A stretch of 64,000 nucleotides of DNA, from positions 4,809,863 to 4,873,862 of the forward strand of contig CAJINV010000003.1 of the NCBI GenBank assembly GCA_905178155.1. The letters are read 5' to 3'. Of this stretch, positions 51,970-62,134 are shown one piece after another; position 1 is the first letter of the stretch; each line of letters starts with the position of its first letter. Origin of the DNA: Amoebophrya sp. A120. Lineage: Eukaryota > Protista > Dinoflagellata. Under the pieces are notes generated by a model. That model did no database searches. It worked only from the letters and a program-made list of their open reading frames with translations, and was not told where the DNA came from. Made by a program: the position numbers and the translations under genes.

Positions 51970-52239
51970 ACGAATAGCATTTGCGACAACGACATCGACA
52001 TTGCGATTTGCACAGAAGAGCCTGCAGAACGACCTCGACGTAACGCGCCGTCTCTCATGTCAAACAAACGATCAGCTGGAAGAAGCTAAACCCACCACAA
52101 CGACAGCAGGCGCCACCAAAAGAAAACAAATTTTTGGAGGCAGTAGCCACGAGTTGCCTTGGGCTTTTCGATGCGCAAAATCGTATGTGTGCGATTTTGT
52201 CGGTCGAGTCCGTGGCAGTATGTCGTTTCGTGTCCGATA

Positions 52240-52960
52240 GCTTTTTTTTTCAGCGATACCGATACCAAATATAGCCGCCGAGGCGGAGGTAGTGAGGTCG
52301 TGGGCGTTTTCTTGCCGGCCGTCGCCTTGGCCGCGGCTTTGATTTTTCTGGGCCCGCCATACCGGCGTGAGTAACGTTAGGCCCCACGGTATGGCGGCCG
52401 CGTGATAAGCGTCGCAAATTTTGGCAAATTTTCGAAATTCCTTTCCGAAAGCCAGCCCCCATGCTATGAGGCCGATCCGGGCACCACGGGGGGCGCCCAA
52501 AAAGCGAGGAAAAATCGGGCCCATAGAATGCGGATTGGCTTAGCGCGTCTGGCGCGCTTTTTCTTTGTTGCGTTTTTATATTTCTCGCCAGCGCTTTTTG
52601 CAAAGCTTCCCAGGCTCTGAAACCGGCGAAAAGGCGGCCGCTTTCGCGGCCGCCCAAAATGCTCCGAAATCGCGGCCGTGCCATGCTGTTTCGCTGTTCT
52701 GATTTTGGGCGCGTTTTTTGCGCGCCCCTTTTTGGGCGCCCCAAATCGCCAGAAACCAAGGCGGTGGGCGCCTCAGAAGGGCGCCCCTTTTGCCGGCTCC
52801 CCTGCGTCGTTTTATCAAGTGCGAGTCGATAGTTTTCGACCGGGCTTGTTTGACAACAAAGCCCCGGCCGCTTGATAAGTGCAAATTTTTTTCGTCAAAA
52901 AACACTTTCGCCCGCTTGAAAACTGCCGGTCGTATTGCTGTCTGGGTGTCAAAAAAAACT
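52240..52960. other. Non-coding GC-rich block with recurrent A/T tracts and short GC palindromes
   Basis: Alternating TTTT/AAAA runs and GGCGCC/CGCG/GGCC words; ORFs in all frames look spurious; composition resembles 61690-62130. Confidence 0.55.
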
Positions 52961-53220
52961 CCCCGGTTAGAACCGTTCGGTGACCTCACTACATACCACT
53001 GGCATACGCGAGCAGTCAACATGATTGCTTTAAAAACATACGAAGTACATTGTACACGATCATTTTTCAAATGCCAAATCTTCGACCAAGGTGATCACAC
53101 TCATAGCGATATATCGTGCGACTTCTTCCTCTTCGTCGGGGACAATAAATTACAAGCGGATCCGCCCCCTGCACTTCTACACAGACATCCACTTTGCTAC
53201 AGATCATCCCTCACAACTTC

Positions 53221-53500
53221 GTCGTAGTGTACCCTGTCGCTGGTTACGTCATCGTCATTCACTTTGTGGTCGTTCACTTACATCACATACACTTGGTCGT
53301 CGTTCACTTTGTAGTCGTTAACTTTGTCATCGTTCACTTTTCTGTAGTTTCCTTTATTTTGTCGTCGTTCACTTTGTCGTCGTTTACATTTTTTGTCGTC
53401 GTTTACTTTGATGCGGTCGTTCACTTTATAGTCGTCGTTTTCCTCGTCGTTATTTACCTGCTCGTCGATTCCTTCGACTTTGTCGTCATCGTCATTCATT
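53221..53500. repeat. Degenerate minisatellite GTCGTTCACTTT
   Basis: More than 10 imperfect copies of GT(C/A)GTCGTT(C/T)ACTTT with a 15-21 bp period. Confidence 0.75.
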
Positions 53501-56500
53501 TTAGCGTCCATTGCAAAACTTGTTCATACCGTGTGGCAAACTCCTCGGGCGAATCGGTGGTATGCACCAGATTATTTTTCCCGTCGAACTCTTTTCTGAT
53601 CACGCCCTTCAGCCCGTCGACGTTGTCGTTTATCCTTCCTTTTCCAAAAATACGCCGCGATTCGCCGATTACCGGCGACGGGTCGAAGAGAAGGAATAGC
53701 AATGTTTTGTAGGAGAAAAAAGGAGCAGCAGGGGGTGAAGGAGAAGCGCCAGCAGGAGGGGCGCTATCATTTTTACTAAGTCCACTTGTTGACATACTTA
53801 CTTCAGGAGCAGTTTCTTTGCTTTGCTTTTTCGCCTCACTCATTTCCGCTTCCTCTTCTTGTTGCTCGCAAAAAGAGGAAAGCGGTGCGGGAACCTGGTG
53901 AAGATCATCATGGGGGCGGAGCTGCACATTCGTTTCTCTACTACTTCTTCTCGCTTCAACCCAGTCCGCGATCGCGTTGCCTTTGTGGTTGATGTGTCGC
54001 CACTCGTGAAACCGCTCGTCGTCGTTGCGCGGGAGCATGTGATTGTGGTAGATCGTCTGCATGAACTCCAGAATGCCGGCCCGAGCTCTGCTGGCACAAG
54101 CGGTGGGCAATAACACATCTTCGTCGTGCTCCTGGTCCTGGTCGTGTTCCTGCTTATTATTGGTTCCATGTTTGAAGAACTGGACCCTCCGCATGCCCAG
54201 AATGCGGAGATCTCCTGTTGAGGCGATGATCTCCCGGACCCTCTCCAGATGCTCCATTCCTTGCGGCCGCAGTATAAAAGATTCCAAAAGATCCAAATGT
54301 TCTTCTCAGGAGTCCACAAGTTTGCAAAAAAAGGCCGCGCGAAGAGCTCTTCTGCTACGGAGCAGGACATGCAGACCCTGGTCCTGATTGAAGACTGAGT
54401 CGGAGAAAAGTCTGCTGCAAATCGAGACTTTTTCGCAGTGAGTCTGATGCAATGCAATCAATGACTTGTGGGCCTGACAGGAATAACACTACCAAGAACT
54501 GCCGCTTGCATATAGAGCACCAAAAAGTGATACCACCCGCCTGATGCAGGATCGATTCCGGACGGAGGAATTTTCAGATTTCTTGTTGACCAGCTTGCGT
54601 CAACAGTTTTCTTGTCGTCACCGCTTGCTCCTCCACCATCTTCTTGCACTGTGGCCGCGAGGTATTTCCATTTCTGGTCCAGTTCTCGTGGCGAGTCCGT
54701 TACGTGAAACAGATTTCGTCCATACGCAATGCGGAGTAGGGCCTTGAAGTCAAGGACGCGCTGATTCTTCGTATCGTCCTTCATGCTGTCGTTTGTGGAA
54801 GAGGAGGAGGACGAGATGGCCCGCTCTACATACCGGTCCCGCACCAGAATCAACCCCACACGATCGCAGGTTGTCCTCGTCCCCAGAACCGCGCCGGGCT
54901 CTATTCCAGTCTCTTCCTTTTTTTCGTCCCCATGCAAGCCTGCGGCCAGTCGTGTACTTTTATTTGCTTCTAAAAAGTCGAGGTCCTTCTTGCAGTGGTT
55001 TTTGATCTTTTCAATTTTCCGGGCAATGTGCTTTTTTTCCGAGGTTTTGTCGTTCATATGGTCACGATACACTTCATTCACAAACGCGGTGAGATCCCCG
55101 TCTGTTTCTGCCTCATCAGTGTTTCCTACGGCATCACTTGGTTTGTAGAAATCTTCTTGGAAGCGGCGCAAAATCTTCACCCCAACAATCTCCATCGGAG
55201 GATTTCTTCTTATGGCGAGGTTGGACAGTATGCTAGCGCCAGGTGGAAAGGGGACAAAATGGAACCAACGGCTTCCTTTGTAATGAATTTTTTCACTGAC
55301 ACTGCACGCAAATCTGTCTGCCAGGACTGAGCAAGCCAAAGGCACACCTTTCGGGACCCTGGCTCGTCATCGTCTCCGAACTGTTTACTGTTTTACGCAT
55401 TCCTACACAAACAGGGCAAGCTGCTTGCAATTCATTCAGAGTGGCAACCATGCAAAACAACCTTCCGTCGTTCCGAGTTGCCGATCTCCTTCAAGCTTTG
55501 TAGATACACAGCGCGTACAGAATATCTCCGAAGTTCTGGACCATACCATGCGGCCACACAATTACGGCGTGCAGCCACGGGGAGGAGGTTGTTGTAGCAG
55601 CTCGTGACGCAAAAACATTTTCCTGTGAGGTCAACGGTGAAGACGACATCACCGCCGGGTCGTGATCAATTGCCCACGGGGGTGCGGCGACGTAGAAAGG
55701 TACGCGAGGACGAGTTGCGCTTCCAGATGCGGTGGCAGTACTCTCGAGCATCGCTCTTAACTCCACACTTGAAGTTACCGAATTTGGTCTCGAAGCCGAC
55801 GAGAGGTCGAGCAAGCCTGAGTCCACAACCACGTTGCGAACGAGGTGGGCCGAGCGAGCGTCGCTGTTCTTGTTGGTGTCCTTTTCCGCAGCGGAACGCT
55901 CGTCTTTAGTCGCCCCTGGGGGGCGAATTCGGAAAAGTCGCTGCGCCCGGAAGAGTTGCGCTGGGTCGTTCAGCTTGTCTAATGTTTGCCTCATCGCGTT
56001 CAGCATTTGGACCCTCCGAGCTTCCAGCAACTCTTCCTCCTGACGTGCTTCCCTGGCGTGATCGAGGTCGTCGATAGTGTCGAACAAAGCCTGTGCCGCT
56101 CTGCCGAGCGGCGCCATCACGTCAAACAGGTCCCCCGCAGCGTGCACCGCGAGCGCAAACTGCAAACGTTTATTTCCACCAGCAGAGTTTGCAGCAGAGC
56201 CAACACTTTTGCCTTCTTCTTGGTCCTCGCGCAGATCGATTCTCGGCCTGATTCCGAAGTCGTACAGAGCCAAGCCAGGAATGATGGGCATGCGACTCAA
56301 GAACGCGATGTCGAATTGCGGCATTTTGGTGCGCGTCTTTTCGGTCTGGGTCGGATCTCTTCCATCAGGGTAAAAGTCGCCCAAGCTCCGGGACATGAAG
56401 AATCTGAACGGCGCACTCAAACGCGGCAGTTCAAGATGGGGGTGCTCGCTGACGCCGCCTGGTGTGATTGTGATGCCGATCGAGGCAGCCCTGCTCTCGG

Positions 56501-59015
56501 CGCCGCGGTCCCTCTGCTTCATCTTCCTCCTCCTCCTCGCCTTCAAGCGTATTAAAGTTCTATCCGCTTTGTAACGCGGCAGGACCGGCGGAGAGAAGAC
56601 CGAGCTTCTTGCTGAAAGGAGTTTCGGGTGGTTCAACAGCGGCGCAAGGAGCTTGTGAAACAGGAAGAAGAAGATTTTGCTCGCCCGGTGAATGTCTCTC
56701 ACTGCCTGCTTGCGATTGTAGAAACTACACGCTGCCATGCGGTCAAGGTCAATCAAATGCACTGCGAGTCGTGGAAAGTGCTGCTTAATCACCTCTGAAG
56801 CAGATTGCCCCGCACCTCCGGATGGCGCCTCTGCAGGAGCCACAGGTGGTGTAGAAGAAAGTCGGTCGCTCGGGCTTTCGAGACATGGCACGACCTGGCT
56901 CGATTGGAGGTCGTCTCCAGAATCTGCACTATCGCCTGCCCGTCTCCTGCCTGGTAGCCTACACCATGCCCACGCTCCTGCGTCGACGTGGTCTCCTAAA
57001 GGTTCATTAGCATTCAGGACGAGGCTTCCATCTAATATTCTTGCCGACACGTGGGACGCTGCTGCTTCCAAATTGGAACCACCTCGAAGACCAGCATTTT
57101 CGCCTATAATTACGTGATCCTGCCCGTCGCCTTCGGAATCGTCTTCGCTCGACATTGCAACTTCCACCAAAACGTTTCCCATGGAAACATCGCAATGCGC
57201 CCGATTGTGGTCGGCAAGAAATTGCAGCGCGGACAGCACTTGCGCCATCAGCCGAGCAAGAAAGTTCACCACACGGAAAAGAATCACCGCCGCGCTTTTC
57301 GTTTTTCCGGCCACCTCGGCGTCAATCTGTGTGGCTTGCTCGTCGGTCTCTTCCCGAAACACAATGTTGCTTATCCCGTCCGCAAGTTCCGCGACGAGGT
57401 CCCGCAAAGGCACAGCACGCTTGTACTGTCGCATCAGGACGTAAGCGCGAACTGTTGGTCTTGAGAGTGGCGGCGTCGGAGAACTTCTTGTTGATGGATA
57501 CTCAGTTGTATCTATCGGCAAAGATTCTTGACTCGAAGAATCATCGAAAATGAACTGCCCGACGCCGCATCCGAGAACGCGCATGACGGTGAAAATGTCG
57601 CGACCAGATGACGCCCCTCCTCCTTCCGTTCTTGGAAGTACAATAAAGGCTGAGTTTCCACCATGGTGCCGCTGTTCCCCGCAGTCTTCGTACGTCCTAC
57701 TGCGGTGACAAGAGCCATACCCGGCAGCAAGGAACTGGGCGGGATGCAGAAGTTGTGTGCGACAGAAGTGGAGACTGTCTTCCAGAGAAGCAGCCAAAGC
57801 TGGCGCTCGCTCAATCGGAAACGTTTTCAGCAGCACGGGGCCATCGGCAGAACCTCCGCCCAGCTCGATCATGTGGGAAGATCTGGGAGATTGTTCGTCA
57901 TCCAGCAGCGTGTGGAAAAAAGCTGTATTCTCGTCTTCTCGCCCAGTTTCTCCGAAAGTTATCGGATGATCTTCGGCACATTGCTGATACGAAAATTTTC
58001 CGTCGGGCGATACCCGCGCCGTGCAGTGCCCGTGCTTGACTACCCGGAGCGCGCCGGCCTGTGTCGTGTCATTCATAAACACAGTGGAAGCCCCCGCCGC
58101 GTGTGCTCTAGTGCCGATGTGGAAAGTAGTAGTCGCGAGTGCGGTCGGCATGGGATCGCCTTTCTGGAGAATTTTTGCCGTCTTCTCATTTTGCTTCTCG
58201 GCGTTTATTTCCCCGTCAATTTCCGGCTTCCGCGTGGTCATTCCTTTCAAAAATGCGGCACGCTCTGCGGCACGTGTGAAAACGGTGTGGCGGGGCCACT
58301 TTTTCGGTCGTAGGTCCGTTGCTTTAGATGACTTCCAATCGATTTCGTATGGCACGCGCCAATCGTAAAACGACGAGCTCCGGCGCAAGTCTTGACTTGT
58401 GGACATCGTCGCAGCTCCAAACAGCCCTTGAAGATGTCCTTTTGTTGCGTTGAGATCAAATCCGGGGAGAAGGGATAAGGAAAAGCCCGACTCAACGTCT
58501 TCTTCGTCCAATTGCATGGTCAAGCAGCTGTGGGCAATAGGAAAACTAGTACGCGGGTCATTATACAGAATGCCAGACTCTGATCCAGCGAGATTCCCTG
58601 CTGAAATATCCAGACTCTGCTCTTTCTTGACTTTTTTCTTCTTGCTTCTCCGCCTCTCCTTTTCAAGTTTTTTCAGAAGGCCTTCGATTTTTGTTCGTAG
58701 TGATTTTATCGTCGCCCCTGCACGATCGCGACGTCGCTCGATTTGCATCCTCCACGCGTACTCGCGGCTCTCGTCAGAATCGTCCTCTTCCGGGCCTTCT
58801 GCCACCGAGGTCAAAGCTTCCTCCCAAAGATTTAGCGCCGCGCGGGCAAAAGTGGTCGTCGATTCTGCAAACTCCTGCGAAAAAACTTCGAAAGGAGAAA
58901 AGTCATCCTTGTTTTCATAATCGCTCCCAGCCGATGACTCACTCCCTTCATGGTCGTGATCCTGGAGAAAGGCGCGAAGTGAGAGTTTGCTAGTCAACCA
59001 GTGCAAATCCATCAA
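53496..59015 (-). CDS. Divergent protein-kinase-like domain followed by two NDK-like domains (ORFs 55491-59015, 54458-55345, 53496-54296 probably one spliced gene)
   Basis: Kinase-like LQFLADHNRAHCDVSMGNVLV and VHLIDLD; GT-AG junction 55518/55233 gives IVWPHGMVQNFGDIL-ILSNL; NDK-like motifs RNLFHVTDSPRE and NNLVHTTDSPEE; the last junction is ambiguous. Confidence 0.6.
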
Positions 59016-59200
59016 AAATCCAGCCGTTATGTCGATCCAAATATCATGTGCAAACTTGTCACAATCACAGCTTCTTTTGCATCATCAACATGTGATTCGT
59101 CATCACGCCTGTACCACGACTTGACAGAACAACTAACTTCGTGGCTTCTTCGTTTTCGAAATGGGGTCTGTCTTGCACACCAAAAAAACTACTGTCGAAA

Positions 59201-61420
59201 TCATGGGAGTATGGCCCACTTACCCATGCCTATAATCGAAATATTGGTCCTGCAAAAGATGCACGTCGGGGGCGGCGACTTTGTTGCAAGCTTTATTTTG
59301 CTGTTGCATCCGCTGCGACTATAACACAGTTGCAATGCGTACCCGAGCTCCGCTTTGGGTTTCGCGAATTCCGATGCTAGCAAGGCAGACCAGGATGTCC
59401 CAGTCGATCTGTACACCAGAGATTTAAGGAGAAACACCATTATCTGCGCCACCCGCCAGAGATCTTTTGCAATCTGGTTACGATTGAAAAAACTGCAGGC
59501 CGCCATCTGCTCCGTGTCGATGACATGAAGCAGGAAAGGTTGCGAAAGCAGGTCCAGGCCGTTTGTCCTTGCTGGTGATAGAAACGCTTGTTGGCCTCTA
59601 TCTCTCGCGGACGATGGGGCAGATGTTGACGAAGACGACGGCGAGGGGGGTGATGCTGTTGTAGATCGTTTTGTCTCGATCATGAAATTCGCCATCATGA
59701 CGTCACAGTGTCCTCGGTATCGCTTGAAAAAACTGCACCAGAACCAACGTGTATGCTAGCGGACCACCGACGTTGATAACTCGTATTTTTATGTTTCGAC
59801 AGACCATGCAAGAGCTTGATACCGGTACAGTTTTTTCTCAGCTTACTCGATTATGGTCAAACAAAAACTCCAGCGCCTTCAAAAGCTGCAACGCAACGCG
59901 GAGGGCGAAAGAAAGCAGCAGCAGAGCCGGGGCCTCCGGTGCCTCGCAGCCGGTCGTGAACGACGTGGTGCAAGTACGCGAAAAATCATCGCTCCACGCA
60001 GCGATCTGCAAAACCGCATCTTGCAGAGTTGCTGCCCTGTCGTAATTTCGAATGATCAAAAAGCCATGCTCCTTCTGTCCAATTCTGAGGTGCGACGGAA
60101 TCGGTTTAAATTCAAACTCCCCAACGCCACAAGCATACACTCGCATGATCGTAAATGCGTCCTGGTCCTCTACGAGAACACTTTCTTCATGGTTGTCGTT
60201 GTCGTCGCTCCCCGCTGCTGTTGCAGGATCACCATCCTGTTTGTCGTGTCGGCCTTGCTGATCATCTCGTGGCGGGCGGGATTGGGAAGAAGTGCTGCTG
60301 GTCGATGAGAACCTAGCAGTCTGTCTCTGTTGACCACGTTCCTCATTGCCATTACTTTGCCACTGGCTTTCCCGGCAGTCCGTGTAGTCTGCGTCCACAC
60401 ATGCTCCGTAGCTGAAGAGAAACTGCGACGGGTATCCTGAGTAAAAACGTACCCACACCAGAGTCAGGATGGGGATTTTGCAACACAAACCTAGGAGCTT
60501 TGTGAGTCACGCATGACAAGCTGTGCTCTGCAGTGTAGTGCAGGTTAGCAAGTGCAGCCGCGTCACAGATTCATCTGCTCATCCTGCTCACAGCATCACA
60601 AATTCCAAAACACGACTGGAAATGGCTCTCATGGGGATGCGCATTACAAGTCTTCCTGTCTTTGCAAATCTGCATTACAACTCTGGTGTGGGTACGTTTT
60701 TACTCAGGATAACGGGTACTTCCAGTTCATTTCGCATCTGGAGTAGAGGTATCAAATGTCAAAATGTCTGGGTCTGGAAGAATGCAACTTGTCATGCTGA
60801 TTTTGGATTCTAAAAAAATCTGTATTGCATGAGCAGTAAAGAGAGTCCGCGTTGTGCTACACGGAAAGAGCATTTGTCATGCGGTATAGGCATCAGGAAG
60901 CCCTCACAAAATCTGTGATGCTAGGGCATGCATCACAGACATCAGGAGTCATGCAAAATGTGCATGACAAACCTAGCAATCTTCCAGACCCAGACATTTT
61001 TACATTTGATAAGAGGCCCTGGAGCTGTTCCGTTTGCTTGGCTTTATCTCCCCCAAATCCGTCGACCTGCCACGTTTTCAAGAGAAACTCCCCCGACAAT
61101 CTCACCACGTAGCGCTTCCCCCCCTCTTCCACGGTTGGGGATAGCAGTAATTCTTTTTCCAACGTTTCCTCTATTCCACCGTAGAGTCTCGCGCCAATCT
61201 TCAAATGCGTAGCAGCAGAGAAACTCCCTCGCTGTTCCACAACGAAGTCTTCATCTGTGGCATGCGTGCCTCCTACTACGGGAAACCTGAAGACCGAAAG
61301 CCTCTTGCTTTTCTGAATAGCTTCCGCGCACGCATCCTCAACCTTCGCCAGAGATCCAGTAAAAAAAGGGTTAGAGTCAGGGATGACAATAAAGTAGCTC
61401 GGTCTGTCATGCATCTTCAT
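59201..61420 (-). CDS. Divergent protein-kinase-like protein, paralog of the 55491-59015 domain, interrupted by three introners
   Basis: Spliced QLQGL-YSRCEMNWKYP-SQFLFSYG...FTIMRVYACGVGEF...LEFLFDHNR-GHCDVMMANF...LHVIDTEQMAACSFFNR aligns with the downstream paralog; start and end uncertain; may be continuous with the next gene. Confidence 0.7.
59718..59845. mobile_element. Degenerate introner-like element, family F (128 bp)
   Basis: Imperfect ~30-bp IR (TATCGCTTGAAAAAACTGCACCAGAACCAA versus TAAGCTGAGAAAAAACTGTACCGGTATCAA); near-TSD CTCGG/CTCGA; removal gives DHNRGHCDV, matching paralog DHNRAHCDV. Confidence 0.75.
60433..60711. mobile_element. Introner-like TIR element, family B copy 2 (279 bp), inverted relative to copy 1
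   Basis: Perfect 32-bp TIR TATCCTGAGTAAAAACGTACCCACACCAGAGT; TSD ACGGG at 60428-60432 and 60712-60716; frame restored. Confidence 0.94.
60750..61011. mobile_element. Introner-like TIR element, family A copy 4 (262 bp)
   Basis: 32-bp TIR with 1 mismatch; TSD AGAGG at 60745-60749 and 61012-61016; frame restored. Confidence 0.94.
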
Positions 61421-61567
61421 GCAAAAGACTGTGGCACCGAACCAGCGGCGGGTTCTTCTGCAAAGCGGGGCTTGCCGCAAAGAAAATCTCGGAGAATCCC
61501 TTAGGCTCAAAGAGATTCTCCGGAATCTCAAGAAATTCTCCTGAAAAGGTGCTCGATTCTGCTGAAA

Positions 61568-61682
61568 AGGCACGTCGGTTGAGCAGGGCACGTCGGTTTT
61601 TGGCTTTTATTTGTTAACTTGTGCAGGCACGTCGGTTGAGCAAGGAGCGTCGGTTTTTTGCTTTTATTTGTTAACTTGTGCA
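61568..61682. repeat. Tandem duplication of a 57-bp unit
   Basis: AGGCACGTCGGTTGAGCA...TTTTATTTGTTAACTTGTGC present twice. Confidence 0.85.
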
Positions 61683-62134
61683 AGCACGAGATGGCCGCGG
61701 GCTTCACGCGCGCGCACCGCCCCGCCTGACATGCGATCGGTACGGCAGCAATGCTGGCCCCGGCCTTGAGAAAAACTAACCCACCACGCGCACGGCGCGC
61801 GGGCGACGAAAAATTTCCGTAAAGCGAAAAAGAGCACGCAGCGCCAAACAGTGTGGCCGGGCGAAGTAAAGGGTCCCTGCGCGCGAAAAAAGCTTCGCAC
61901 TCCCGGCGCAGTAGCTCCAAGCGCGTTTCATCTGTGCAGCCGGCACAAGAACGTCGAGCGCGATGCCGCGACCTCGTCCGGGTCCGCCCCTAATCGCGCG
62001 CGTGCGCAAAAAGATCGCTTTTGCGAAACCGCTACAAAGGCCCGCGCGCGCAGCGCGAAAAAATTTTTTGCCCGGCCGGCACAAGCAACAACGCCGAACA
62101 CGGTAGGCCCCGACCCTGAGTGAACCAGCGGCGG

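Noticed and set aside
53194-53712. Hydrophobic 172-aa plus-strand ORF (VVVHF repeats)
   Set aside because: Product of the GTCGTTCACTTT minisatellite, antisense to the gene block
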